Part shown: positions 53,057 through 63,161 of the stretch, piece after piece | Position numbering within the stretch: the stretch's first letter is position 1 | How the letters are laid out: every line of letters starts with the position of its first letter | DNA from: Candidatus Methylomirabilota bacterium | GTDB taxonomy: Bacteria > Methylomirabilota > Methylomirabilia > Rokubacteriales > DASRDR01 | Reading direction: 5' to 3' | NCBI GenBank assembly: GCA_036558225.1 | Contig: DATBGA010000085.1 | Span: 6,526-70,525, forward strand | DNA: 64,000 bases | Translations under genes and position numbers: made by a program | The notes under the pieces: generated by a model | What the model was told of the DNA's origin: nothing | The model's input: the letters and a program-made list of their open reading frames with translations, nothing else | Databases searched by the model: none

Positions 53057-54339
53057 CCGCAGGCCTCGGCGCCGAGCTTCACCGCTGGATCCGGGAGCTC
53101 TACCCCATTGGCCGGAGCCTCACGGGCGACGGGGTCCGCGAGACGCTCCGCCGGCTCGCGGAGCTCCTCCCCCTGTCCGTGCGGGAGGTGCCGTCGGGAA
53201 CGCGTGTCCTCGACTGGACCGTGCCGCCGGAGTGGAACCTGCGCGACGCCTGGATCGAGAGCTCGCGTGGCGAGCGCGTCGTCGACGCCCGTCGCTCCAC
53301 GCTGCATGTCGTCGGGTACAGCCGGCCGGTGCGCGCCCGCCTCACGCTGGCGGAGCTCCGGCCTCACCTGTTCTCGCTACCCGATCGCCCCGACTGGATT
53401 CCCTATCGCACCTCCTACTATGCGGACGGCTGGGGCTTCTGCCTGACCGACCGGCAGCTCCAGGCGCTGCCCGACGACCGCTACGAGGTCTGCATCGACG
53501 CCACCCTCGAGCCGGGCAGCCTCACCTACGGCGAGTGCGAGCTCCCGGGCGAGGTCGAGGACGAGGTCCTCCTCTCGACGCACGTCTGCCACCCGTCACT
53601 CTGCAACGACAACCTCTCGGGAATGGTGATCGCGGCGTTCCTCGGCCAGCGGCTGGCCGCGCGCCGGCGGCGGCACACCTACCGGCTCCTGTTCGTGCCC
53701 GGCACCATCGGCTCGATCGCCTGGCTGGCGCTGAACGAGTCCCGGGTGAGCCGCATCGCGCACGGCCTGGTGCTGACCTGCCTCGGGGACGCGGGCTCGC
53801 CCACGTACAAGCGCAGCCGGCGGGGCGACGCCGTCATCGACCGGGCCGCCGCGCACGTGCTCGCCGCGCGGGGTCGCCACCGGCTCCTCGACTTCACGCC
53901 CTGGGGCTACGACGAGCGGCAGTACTGCTCGCCGGGCTTCGACCTGCCCGTGGGCTGCCTGATGCGCACGCCGCACGGGCAGTTCGCCGAGTACCACACG
54001 TCGGCCGATGATCTCGAGCTCGTCCGCCCGGAAGCGCTCGAGGACTCGCTGGAGATCGCGACGGCCGTCCTCGACCTGCTCGATCGGAATCGCCTCTTCG
54101 TCAATCGCCAGCCGAAAGGCGAGCCGCAGCTGGGCCGTCGCGGCCTCTATCCGTCGATCGGTGGCGGCGCGCAGGCGACGGAGCAGCTCGCCCTCCTCTG
54201 GGTCCTCAATCTCTCCGACGGGCGCCACAGCCTGCTGGACATCGCGCAGCGGGCGGGGCTGGCGTTCGAGGCAGTCGCCCGCGCCGCCGACGCCCTCGCC
54301 GCGCACGACCTCCTCCGCGAGGTGCCCGCCGCTCGCTGA
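53053..54339 (+). CDS. DUF4910 / aminopeptidase-like domain protein of polysaccharide clusters
   Basis: LYPIGRSLTGDGVRETL, EVPSGTRVLDWTVPPEWN, IPYRTSYYADGWGFC and HVCHPSLCNDNLSG match that family. GTGA overlap. Confidence 0.75.
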   Translation: MTAGLGAELHRWIRELYPIGRSLTGDGVRETLRRLAELLPLSVREVPSGTRVLDWTVPPEWNLRDAWIESSRGERVVDARRSTLHVVGYSRPVRARLTLAELRPHLFSLPDRPDWIPYRTSYYADGWGFCLTDRQLQALPDDRYEVCIDATLEPGSLTYGECELPGEVEDEVLLSTHVCHPSLCNDNLSGMVIAAFLGQRLAARRRRHTYRLLFVPGTIGSIAWLALNESRVSRIAHGLVLTCLGDAGSPTYKRSRRGDAVIDRAAAHVLAARGRHRLLDFTPWGYDERQYCSPGFDLPVGCLMRTPHGQFAEYHTSADDLELVRPEALEDSLEIATAVLDLLDRNRLFVNRQPKGEPQLGRRGLYPSIGGGAQATEQLALLWVLNLSDGRHSLLDIAQRAGLAFEAVARAADALAAHDLLREVPAAR

Positions 54340-54398
54340 GGACCCGCGGGCGCAGCGACGCGGCGACCCCGGATCGGCACGCCACCGGATCCCGTCCA

Positions 54399-55148
54399 TC
54401 ACCGACGGCCCACGAGACCCAGGCTGCGCTTCACGATCCGATACCCCCCGTCGCGGTCCACCCGGGTCCGGAAGTAGGCGAGGGCCTCCATCCGACGGTC
54501 CGCCCGGCAATACGGCGCACAGGCATCGTAGTAGCGCATGACGGACTCGAGCGTCGGGAAGAGGATCGTGCTCGAGAACGTGGAGCACGCGACGCTCCGG
54601 AAGACATCGTGGAACGCCGGGAGGATGACGCTCCGGCCGACCTCCGAGACCGTCCGCACGTCGGCCGGAACCGGGTAGAGCCGCTCGAGGTCGGTGAACC
54701 ACTCGGCGTTGTTCCCGACGTCCGGCGTCACCACGGCGAAGCGAGCCCCCAGGCCGTCGAGCAGCCGGCTCACCGCCTCGACGACGCGAGCCGGCCGTGC
54801 CGCGTAGTAGAGCGAATACACCGCGTAGACCAGCGTGAAGCGACCGGGCAGCGCCAGGCGGCCGAGGTCGTCCATGTCGCCGGCCAGCACCTCGACGTTC
54901 GCGCCGGAAAGCTGCGCGCGAAGGGCGGCGGTCATCTCGGGCGAGCTGTCGAGGCCCACGATGCGCCTGACCATGCTGGCCAGCGGGATCATCTGGCGCC
55001 CCAGGCCGGGCCCCAGATCCAGGACCACGTCCTCCGGCGAGGGCGCGAGCAGCCCCAGGACGAACTGATCGAAGTCGGCCGACGGGGCGCCGCGGTTGCA
55101 CGCCGTCCGCTGGCGGAGCTGGTCGGGCGTGTTGATCCGGTTCAGCAC
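54399..55148 (-). CDS. class I SAM-dependent methyltransferase
   Basis: VLDLGPGLG motif I. Confidence 0.75.
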   Translation of the reverse strand: MLNRINTPDQLRQRTACNRGAPSADFDQFVLGLLAPSPEDVVLDLGPGLGRQMIPLASMVRRIVGLDSSPEMTAALRAQLSGANVEVLAGDMDDLGRLALPGRFTLVYAVYSLYYAARPARVVEAVSRLLDGLGARFAVVTPDVGNNAEWFTDLERLYPVPADVRTVSEVGRSVILPAFHDVFRSVACSTFSSTILFPTLESVMRYYDACAPYCRADRRMEALAYFRTRVDRDGGYRIVKRSLGLVGRR

Positions 55149-55178
55149 GTGAGGCGCTCCGTCGCGTCCTCGGGCGCT

Positions 55179-56105
55179 TCAGCGGTACGCGGGTGTCCGC
55201 CGGTACCAGGCGATCGTGTCCGCAAGACCGTCCTCGAGCGTCATCCGCGGCGCCCATCCGGTGAGCCTCAGGCTGCCCTCGACGTCGGCCGCGACGGGCC
55301 GCTCGAGGGGCCGGTCGGGCAACGCGCCCCAGCGCGGGGCGCCGGCCACGCCCATCAGCCCATAGATCCGCTCCACCACCTCGCGGATCGTCACCAGCCG
55401 TCCCGAGCCGAGCTCGACGGTCCGTCCGTCGAGGCCGGGGGACGCGGCCGCGGCCTCGAGGCCGCGCGCCACGTCGTCGACGTGGATCCAGTCCACGGCG
55501 CGCGCGCCGCTCGAGAGCGCCGGGGACTCGCCTCGCAGCAGCGAGGTGATCACGAACGGGACGAGCTTCGTCGTGTCCTCCTGGCCGGGGCCATACACCA
55601 TGGAGAGCCGCGCGATGACGACGGGGACGTCGTAGAGCGCGTGGCCCAGCCGCGCAACACCGCTACCCGCCCACTTGGCCGCCGCGTATGGGGAGCTCGG
55701 CGTGGCGGTCGCGGGCTCGCCGGCCCCCGGCTCCTCCATGGAGCCCGCGACCACGAGCCGCTGGCAGCCCTCGCGCGCCAGCGCGGTGACAACATGGACG
55801 GTCTGCGCCAGGTTGTCCAGCACGAGCGAGGCGGCGTGGTCGAGCCGGCGGTCACCGGTCACGCGCCCCGCGAGATGGAAGACCCACTCCGGCCGGAGGT
55901 CCCGCGCGAGGTCGCCGACCGCGGCGGCGTCGGTGAGGTCCACGGCGTGCGGCTCGACGCCCGCCGGCGTCCGGTTGCGGCCGCCCGGCCGGACCACGCC
56001 GTGCACCGCGTGTCCCGCCGCCACGAGCCGGGTCGCGAGGTGGCCGCCCACGAAGCCGGCGGCTCCCGTGACCAGGACAGAGCGGCGCGAGGCCCTCAGC
56101 GCCAT
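55179..56105 (-). CDS. NAD-dependent epimerase/dehydratase family protein
   Basis: Start is MALRASRRSVLVTGAAGFVGGHL. Catalytic YAAAK. Overlaps the GT2 stop by 10 nt. Confidence 0.8.
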   Translation of the reverse strand: MALRASRRSVLVTGAAGFVGGHLATRLVAAGHAVHGVVRPGGRNRTPAGVEPHAVDLTDAAAVGDLARDLRPEWVFHLAGRVTGDRRLDHAASLVLDNLAQTVHVVTALAREGCQRLVVAGSMEEPGAGEPATATPSSPYAAAKWAGSGVARLGHALYDVPVVIARLSMVYGPGQEDTTKLVPFVITSLLRGESPALSSGARAVDWIHVDDVARGLEAAAASPGLDGRTVELGSGRLVTIREVVERIYGLMGVAGAPRWGALPDRPLERPVAADVEGSLRLTGWAPRMTLEDGLADTIAWYRRTPAYR

Positions 56106-57157
56106 GGTCTCCGGGAGCGCCAGTACGCGCGCCAGCACGCGAGGAGGGGCGCGCCCATCGGCGCCGTCTGGGCCCACGAGCCGACGCGAAGCCACGCGTG
56201 TCGCCGCAGGCGGCGGCCCGCCTCCGGACTCAGCCGGTCGAGCGACGCCAGGACCTCCTCGCGCTCGCTCGCGCCGAATCCACCCGAGCGGGGGCCATCC
56301 CCGAGCAGGGCGAAGAGCAGGATGGCGCGATAGCGGCGCTCGAGAAACGCGGGGCCGAGCCTCCGCCAGACCTCGCACACATCGCCCCGCGTCTCGCTCA
56401 GCGACTCCACGAAGCCCGCGTAGCGCTCCACGGCCGCGACGGCCGGGCGCCACGGGAGCGAGTGGAACGCGCTCGCGGCGTGGAGCCGGTACGAGTACGC
56501 CTCGTCGGGTGCCGTGGCCTTCCAGGAGCCGTCCAGCAGGCCGAGCCACAGGACATCGTCGGCGTGAGCGAGACCCTCGAAGGCGGGCATGCCGCCCACG
56601 GCGTCGTACGCCGAGGAGCGCACCACGACGCCCATGCCCGTCATGTCTCTCCGATAGGCCAGCCGCGACGCCAGGAGCTCGGCCATCGTCTCGCGAGCCG
56701 GCATGGGCCGGCACGGGCGCAGGACGCGGCCGCGAGCGTCGATCAGCCGGAAGTGGGTCGTGAACAGGGCGGCATCCGGACAGCGCCGGATCAGCTCGTC
56801 GACGATCGCCAGGTAGTCGGGATCCAGCCGGTCGTCGTGGCCGACGAACAAGAGGTACTCGCCCTTCTCGACGGCGGCCGCGCGCCGCCAGTTCAGCTCG
56901 ATCGGCAGAGCGCGAGAAGCCGTCCGCACCCGGACCCTCGAGTCCCGCACCGCCCCCAGCCACTCGGCGGTCCCGTCGGTGCTCCCGTTCTCCAGGATCT
57001 CCAGCGCGAGATCGCCGTACGACTGCGCGAGGATGCTGTCGACGCACTCCGGCAGGTAGCGCCCGCCGTTGTGGACGGGGAGCACGACCGTGAACCGCGG
57101 CCGCCGCGAGGCCGGCCGCCGCGCGGCCGTCATGCGCCGCGGGAAGCGCGCGGCCAC
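56096..57157 (-). CDS. family 2 glycosyltransferase
   Basis: FTVVLPVHNGGRYLPECVDSILAQSY and a GHDD (DxD-like) motif. Start is 57157 or 57133. Confidence 0.8.
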   Translation of the reverse strand: MAARFPRRMTAARRPASRRPRFTVVLPVHNGGRYLPECVDSILAQSYGDLALEILENGSTDGTAEWLGAVRDSRVRVRTASRALPIELNWRRAAAVEKGEYLLFVGHDDRLDPDYLAIVDELIRRCPDAALFTTHFRLIDARGRVLRPCRPMPARETMAELLASRLAYRRDMTGMGVVVRSSAYDAVGGMPAFEGLAHADDVLWLGLLDGSWKATAPDEAYSYRLHAASAFHSLPWRPAVAAVERYAGFVESLSETRGDVCEVWRRLGPAFLERRYRAILLFALLGDGPRSGGFGASEREEVLASLDRLSPEAGRRLRRHAWLRVGSWAQTAPMGAPLLACWRAYWRSRRPWR

Positions 57158-57355
57158 GTCACGACACGGCGATCGGGAAGCCGGCCGGTCGAGCCGGCGC
57201 GACGGGCACGGACGCGGTCACCTCGGGAGAAGGCGATGCTCACGATCCGCCAGACACGTTAAGAGGCGATCGCGGACGAGTCAAGGTCGGACCGCCCCGG
57301 CCCTTGACGGGCTCCGCTCGGTCCGAAAAGATGAGCGCTCGACAGGGCCACGATC

Positions 57356-58909
57356 GTGCTCATGGATGCTCGAGCGCTTCGCGACGGCGACGCCATCACG
57401 GCGGATCTCTGCGTCGTGGGCGCCGGTGCGGCGGGGCTGTCGGTGGCGCTCGAGCTGCTCGGCGCTCCGATCCGGGTGCTGCTGCTGGAGCGAGGCGGCA
57501 CGGCGGACCGCCCCGGCCGCGAGGGGATCTATCGCGTGGTCGACGGGTCCCCGCCCTGTCTCGACGTCGATCCCGACCGTGTCGGGTACGTCGGCGGCGC
57601 GACCAATCACTGGTTCGGCAACTGCCGCCCGCTGGACCAGGACGACTTCGAGCGGCGGGAGTGGATCCCGGACAGCGGCTGGCCGTTCCGCCGGGACGAG
57701 CTGGTGCCGTTCTACGAGCGGGCCCAGGAGCTGCTCGGCCTCGGCGGCTTCCGCCTCTACGACCTCGACGCGTGCCGGCCGCATCTCGCGCATCAGCCGC
57801 TCGATCTCCCGCCGGACGTCCTCGTCCACCGGGTCCTGCAGACGTGCCCTCAACCGAGGCTGGCCGCCCTCCACCGGAGGCGCCTTCACGACGCGGCCAA
57901 TGTCCAGGTGGCCGCCGGGGCCCGCGTGACCCACCTCGAGACGAACGACCGGGGCGACACCGTGAGAGCGGCGCACGCCGTCGCCGGCGGGCGCCGGCTC
58001 CGCGTGACCGCGCGGGTGTTCGTCCTGGCCGCCGGGGGGATCGAGAATCCTCGGCTCCTGCTGGACTCCACCGATTCGGATGCCGCCGGGCTCGGGAACC
58101 GCCACGATCTGGTCGGCCGTTTCTTCATGGAGCACAAGTTCGTGGACGTCTCGATCGGCCCCTGGAGCCGCGACCGGGACGTGAGCTTCCACAGTCGAGC
58201 GCAGCCGGTCGGGCCCGCGCTGATCTGGGGCCACCTGTCGCTGTCGGCGGGCTTCATGCGGGCGGAGCGCGTGCCCGGCCTGTCCTTGTGGTTCCTCGCG
58301 GCAGAGTCGCCAACGCCGAGCGTCGCCTCGGCCATCCGGCTCAAGAACCTGCTGCTCGGACGGGTGCGAGGGGCGACGCCGCTGAGGGATCTACGGGCGA
58401 CGCTGGGCGCCCCCCGCGAGGTCGGGCGGCGGACGTGGCAGAAGCTCCGTGGCCGACACGGGACACCAGGCCAGGCTCTCCGGATCGAGGTGGAGCAGAC
58501 GCCGGCGCCGGGGAACCGCGTGCTACTGTCGCGGAAGCGCGATCGCTCCGGTCGACGGGGCGTCGCGCTCGCGCTCCGTGTGACCGACGAGGAGATGCGG
58601 CGGCACGCCCGCTCGCTGAAGGCCGCGGCCGACGCCATCGGACTCGACGGTCCCCGAATCGCGACGACCATGGAGGCTCTGTTCGGCGGCGGCCGGGCCG
58701 GCTACTTCTCGCACCACATGGGAACGACCCGTATGGCGGTGGATCCACGGAAGGGCGTAGTCGACCCTGACTGTCGTGTCCACGGCGTCTCGAATCTCTT
58801 CGTCGCCGGAAGCTCCGTCTTCCCGACCGGGGGCACGGCGGGACCCACGCTCACGATCGTCGCGCTGGCGGTGCGCCTCGCCCGGCATCTCCAGCAGGGT
58901 CACCTCTGA
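57356..58909 (+). CDS. GMC family FAD-dependent oxidoreductase
   Basis: VVGAGAAGLSVA dinucleotide fold. C-terminal HHMGTTRM active-site region. Confidence 0.85.
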   Translation: MLMDARALRDGDAITADLCVVGAGAAGLSVALELLGAPIRVLLLERGGTADRPGREGIYRVVDGSPPCLDVDPDRVGYVGGATNHWFGNCRPLDQDDFERREWIPDSGWPFRRDELVPFYERAQELLGLGGFRLYDLDACRPHLAHQPLDLPPDVLVHRVLQTCPQPRLAALHRRRLHDAANVQVAAGARVTHLETNDRGDTVRAAHAVAGGRRLRVTARVFVLAAGGIENPRLLLDSTDSDAAGLGNRHDLVGRFFMEHKFVDVSIGPWSRDRDVSFHSRAQPVGPALIWGHLSLSAGFMRAERVPGLSLWFLAAESPTPSVASAIRLKNLLLGRVRGATPLRDLRATLGAPREVGRRTWQKLRGRHGTPGQALRIEVEQTPAPGNRVLLSRKRDRSGRRGVALALRVTDEEMRRHARSLKAAADAIGLDGPRIATTMEALFGGGRAGYFSHHMGTTRMAVDPRKGVVDPDCRVHGVSNLFVAGSSVFPTGGTAGPTLTIVALAVRLARHLQQGHL

Positions 58910-58981
58910 GCGTGCTTCCTGAACCCCGCTGACGGCGGCGGCGGGATCCACGCCGTCCCCGGTCCATTGGTGGGAGCCGGA

Positions 58982-60286
58982 TCAGCCGCCCTGTCCGCGG
59001 AGGTCGAGGACGCGCTTGGCCTTGCCGGCGCTCCGCTCGATCGTCTTCGGCGCGACGATGGTGACCTCGGCGGCCACGCCGAGGGAGTCGAGCAGCCGAT
59101 GGCGGACGCGGGCGGCCAAGGCGCCGGTCGCCGCGGCGCCCGGCGCCGACGCCCCCGGCTGGCCTTCCACCTGTACCTCGAGCGTGTCGAGGGTGTGCTC
59201 GCGCCGCACGACCAGGAGATAGTGCGGGGCGAGCTCCGGCACCTGGAGCAGCGCGTGCTCCACCTGCGAGGGATACACGTTGACGCCGCGGATGATGAGC
59301 ATGTCGTCGGACCGCGCCATGATGCGCCCCAGGCGGACCAGGGTTCGCCCGCAGCGGCACGGGCTCGGGTCGAGCGCCGTGAGGTCTCGCGTCCGGTAGC
59401 GGAGCAGCGGCATCCCCTCCTTGCTGAGCGTCGTGAGGACGAGCTCCCCCGTCGTGCCGGCCGGCACCGGCTCGAGGGTCGTCGGGTCGACGATCTCGGG
59501 GAGGAAGTGGTCCTCGGCCACGTGCATGCCCTGGCGCTCCGAGCACTCGACGGCGACGCCGGGCCCCGTGATCTCCGACAGCCCGTAGATGTTGAGCGCC
59601 ATCAGGCGGAGCCGCTGCTCGATGGTGGTCCGCATGGCCTCGGTCCACGGCTCGGCGCCGAAGAAGCCGACCCGGAGGCGCAGCGGCGCCCTCGGCAGGC
59701 CCGCCTCCTCGATCGCCTCCGCGAGATGCAGCGCGTAGGAGGGCGTGCAGCAGAGCACGGTGCTCCCGAAGTCCTGAAGGGCGACGAGCTGCCGCTCCGT
59801 GAACCCGCCCGACATCGGGATGACCGCCGCCCCGATCGACTCCGCGCCGTAGTGGAAGCCGAGACCCCCCGTGAACAGGCCGTATCCGTACGCGTTCTGC
59901 ACGACGTCCCCCGGGCGGACGCCGCCCGCCCGGAGCGTCCGGCCCATCACCTCCGTCCAGACGTCCAGGTCCCCGCGCGTGTAGGCGACGACGGTGGGCT
60001 TGCCGGTCGTCCCCGAGGAGGCGTGGATGCGCACGACCTCGTCCATCGGGACCGCGAGGAGGCCGAAGGGGTACGTGTCGCGGAAGTCGGCCTTCGTCGT
60101 GAAGGGCAGGCGCCGCAGGTCGTCGAGCGCGCGGATCGCGTCGGGTCTCACCCCGGCGGCGGCGAGTCGGTCTCGGTGGAGCGGCACCCGGGCGGCGCGC
60201 GCCAGCAGAGCGCGCAGGCGTTCGAGCTGGAGCCGCTCGAGGTCGGACCGCGGCAGTGTCTCGACCGGTGCCGTCAGATCGCTCAC
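58982..60286 (-). CDS. paaK: phenylacetate-CoA ligase
   Basis: GTG start preceded by GGAGGG. SSGTTGKPTV, YGLSE, and a PaaK-type C-terminal domain. Confidence 0.85.
   Translation of the reverse strand: MSDLTAPVETLPRSDLERLQLERLRALLARAARVPLHRDRLAAAGVRPDAIRALDDLRRLPFTTKADFRDTYPFGLLAVPMDEVVRIHASSGTTGKPTVVAYTRGDLDVWTEVMGRTLRAGGVRPGDVVQNAYGYGLFTGGLGFHYGAESIGAAVIPMSGGFTERQLVALQDFGSTVLCCTPSYALHLAEAIEEAGLPRAPLRLRVGFFGAEPWTEAMRTTIEQRLRLMALNIYGLSEITGPGVAVECSERQGMHVAEDHFLPEIVDPTTLEPVPAGTTGELVLTTLSKEGMPLLRYRTRDLTALDPSPCRCGRTLVRLGRIMARSDDMLIIRGVNVYPSQVEHALLQVPELAPHYLLVVRREHTLDTLEVQVEGQPGASAPGAAATGALAARVRHRLLDSLGVAAEVTIVAPKTIERSAGKAKRVLDLRGQGG
58986..59014. repeat. right copy of the 29-nt direct repeat (inside the last codons of paaK)
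   Basis: See 45268-45296. Confidence 0.85.
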
Positions 60287-60385
60287 GGCGAACCCTCCTC
60301 TCCCGGCACATCGGCTCGGCCATGCCGTGGTCGCGCCGATGACGGGCGCGGGGGGCGAGCCCGTGCCCGTCATTCTCCCACGTCG

Positions 60386-63079
60386 TCAGGGCGCGAGCAG
60401 GCGCAGCTCCGCGACGGACCACGGGTGGAAGGCGTCCCGTCCGGTCTGGACGATCCGCAGCCCGCGCACCCGGATAGGCGGAAAGGTGACGACCATCCGC
60501 TCGACGCCGGCGCGCAGCGCGTGCGTCCCCACCCACACGAGCGGCCCCACCCAGCGGACCGTCGCCGCGAGGTTCTCCCAGCCGGCATCGCGCGCGACCT
60601 GGACGGCCAGGCCGCGCGGGTACTCGAGCGGGGCGCCGCCCTGGTCCAGCTCGAGCCCGCCGAGCTCCGCCTCGGCCTCCAGCTCGACCTGGAGCCACTC
60701 GCCGGGAGCCTGCGGGACTCGGCTCGACCAGCGGGTCTCCACGCGCCCGTCCGTCGCGGCGCTCGGATCGTCGCCGGCCGGCGCCGCCGTGACCCGGGCG
60801 GGCGACGCGCGCGCAACGCGGCCCGGCGAGCCTGGCGGCGCAAGCCGGCCGAGGAGCCGGTAGCCGCCCACGTCGGCCGCGGTGAAGCCGATGCCCGCGT
60901 CCCGCAGCGCGGCCTCGATGGACGGCCCCGACGGGGACGTCGCGGGGTACGCGACTGCCGCGTCCGGTCCCGGAACGAGGAACGGCAGCCGCTCGAGCGG
61001 CGTCACCAGGCCGTAGCGGTCGACCCGGACGTTGTCGGGCAGCGCGACGAGCCTCTCGCCGGACGCCTCGGCGAGCCGCGGCCCCTCCCCGTGGTCGGCG
61101 TAGACGTGCCGCGCGCCCATCGCGAGGAGCGCGCTGGCCGCTGCCCGCGCGTCGACGGAGGGCTCGGCCGCCGGCGCGCCGGCCTCGTAAACGAACAACT
61201 CGCGCACGGTCCATGGGAAGCGCTCGTCCCGCCCGAGGTGCGTGAGGCGCACGTAGCGCGCCGGCCGCACCGGGAATCGCGCCTCCACCCGGCCCCAGCG
61301 CACGCGCCCCATCGGATGCCCCGCCGCCCAGTAGAGGGGCCCGTAGTAGGTCGGGACCTCACGCGCGACGGACCACTCCACGCCGCCGGTCGAGGTGTCG
61401 AGGCGAAAGCCGATCGGCACCTCCTGGTAGCCCCCCGGCAGCCAGGTCACCATGCCCACGGGACGGACGCGTCCGAGGTCGACCTGGAGCCAGGCGCCCT
61501 CCGGCCGGCCCGTGGTTCGCCATCGGGTCCCGGCGTCCCGATCGATCGCGTGGCTCGCCAGTTCGGGCCGCACTGACGCGGTGGCGGTCCACCCGGCCGG
61601 CGGGATCTCGCGGAGCCCAGACGGCTCGAGCCGGAAGCCGGTGAAGAGCGGCCCGAGGGGCGTGCTCTCTCGCTCGTAGCGGATCCCCGCGGCGGCCAGG
61701 CTCTCGACGAAGCCGGCCGGGACGCTCTCCGGCGCGAGGTATGCCACGCGCGACGCCGCGTCGACCCGCGCCGCGCGGACCGTATCGTCGGCCAGGTAGA
61801 AGTGGGAGAGCGTGACACGCCCGCCGCTCGTGAAGCTGACCACGTCCGGGTCGTGCGTGTAGACCTCCGTGAGCCCGCGCGCGGCCAGGCCGTCGGGGAC
61901 GGCGGCCGCGCGAGCCAGCGCCGCGCGCGACGCGCGCCAGCGATCGACGGACCGCAGCGCCGGGTACGCTTTCGCGTCGCTCGCGGCGTGAGCGAGGACC
62001 AGTGCCGCGACCGCGGCGACAGCCCAGGCCGGGCGCCATCGCGCCACACGCCCCAGCGCGCCCCCCAGGACTACCGGCAGGAGCGCGAGGATCGGCAAGA
62101 GGTAGCGCGGATCCTCGGTGGCCAGGGCCTGGCCTCGCTCCGTGACCAGCACCGCCGCCAGAGAGACTGCCGTCGCCAATCCCAGCAGGAGCCGGCCGGC
62201 GCGATCGCCACGCGGGTCCCCCAGGGCCAGGACCAGGGCGAGCCCGACGATGGCGACCGCCGCGATCGCGGTGACGCGCGCCAGGACCAAGGCATCCGGC
62301 ACGCCCACGACGCGCGGCAGGGAGTTCCCCAGGAGGTCCCGCAGGTGATGGGCAATCTGCTTCGGGGGGACGAGGGCGACCGACACGATCGGGAGGCGCG
62401 CGTAGACGCCGGCGAACAGCCAGACCGGCAGACTGCCTAGGAGGAACGCGAGCGGGGCCAGAGCCGCCGCGCCACCGACGCGCGGCCGCTGAACCACGAG
62501 CGCCAGGGCGCACGCCACGAGCACTGGCACGATCAGGAGGTTGATCCACCAGCACAGCCCTCCGACGAGCCCGAGCACGATCTGGGCTCGCGCCCGGCCG
62601 GACCTCGACTGGTCTACGTCGACCGCGGCAAGCGTGAGGAGCAGGCAGAGCGGTGTGAGGACGAGCAGGAGGCTGTAGACGAGCCGCGCGTCGCCGGCCC
62701 ACTTCATGAGGTACGGCGAGGGCACGAGGGTCAGGGCGACGGCCCACCAGCCGGCCCGGAAGACCCGCTGCGCCAGCAGCGCCGCTACCGGGACGTGCGC
62801 CAGCGTCACGAGGACGCCGAGCAGGCGGAGCGTCGCCACCGACTCGCCGAGGACGGCGAACGACAGGGCGTGGAGGTAGCCGTCGACGGCCCCCATGAAG
62901 GACTGCCCGTAGAGGAAGAACGGGAACTGGCCGTGCAGGACGTCCCGGCCCATCAGGCCCATCGTGGCCTCGTCGAACCAGATGTAGGCGGTGGCGGCGG
63001 CGCCGGCGCGGATCGCGACTCCGATCGCGCCGAGGAGACCGAGCCCGACGACGAGCCGCCCCGCGCCCGGCCGGGACAT
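60386..63079 (-). CDS. GT-C type (ArnT/PMT, GT39-like) membrane glycosyltransferase with two C-terminal F5/8 type C (discoidin) domains
   Basis: Start is MSRPGAG. About 12 TM helices with an early FDEATMG loop. Two discoidin-like modules (AIDRDAGTRWRT...WLQVDLG and ATDGRVETRWSS...WLQVELE). Confidence 0.7.
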   Translation of the reverse strand: MSRPGAGRLVVGLGLLGAIGVAIRAGAAATAYIWFDEATMGLMGRDVLHGQFPFFLYGQSFMGAVDGYLHALSFAVLGESVATLRLLGVLVTLAHVPVAALLAQRVFRAGWWAVALTLVPSPYLMKWAGDARLVYSLLLVLTPLCLLLTLAAVDVDQSRSGRARAQIVLGLVGGLCWWINLLIVPVLVACALALVVQRPRVGGAAALAPLAFLLGSLPVWLFAGVYARLPIVSVALVPPKQIAHHLRDLLGNSLPRVVGVPDALVLARVTAIAAVAIVGLALVLALGDPRGDRAGRLLLGLATAVSLAAVLVTERGQALATEDPRYLLPILALLPVVLGGALGRVARWRPAWAVAAVAALVLAHAASDAKAYPALRSVDRWRASRAALARAAAVPDGLAARGLTEVYTHDPDVVSFTSGGRVTLSHFYLADDTVRAARVDAASRVAYLAPESVPAGFVESLAAAGIRYERESTPLGPLFTGFRLEPSGLREIPPAGWTATASVRPELASHAIDRDAGTRWRTTGRPEGAWLQVDLGRVRPVGMVTWLPGGYQEVPIGFRLDTSTGGVEWSVAREVPTYYGPLYWAAGHPMGRVRWGRVEARFPVRPARYVRLTHLGRDERFPWTVRELFVYEAGAPAAEPSVDARAAASALLAMGARHVYADHGEGPRLAEASGERLVALPDNVRVDRYGLVTPLERLPFLVPGPDAAVAYPATSPSGPSIEAALRDAGIGFTAADVGGYRLLGRLAPPGSPGRVARASPARVTAAPAGDDPSAATDGRVETRWSSRVPQAPGEWLQVELEAEAELGGLELDQGGAPLEYPRGLAVQVARDAGWENLAATVRWVGPLVWVGTHALRAGVERMVVTFPPIRVRGLRIVQTGRDAFHPWSVAELRLLAP

Positions 63080-63161
63080 CACCGGAACCCCCCGGATCCG
63101 GAAGACGACGAAGGGGTCGCAGCGTCCGCCGCGACCCCTCGCCTCACGGCCCGGGCCGGAA

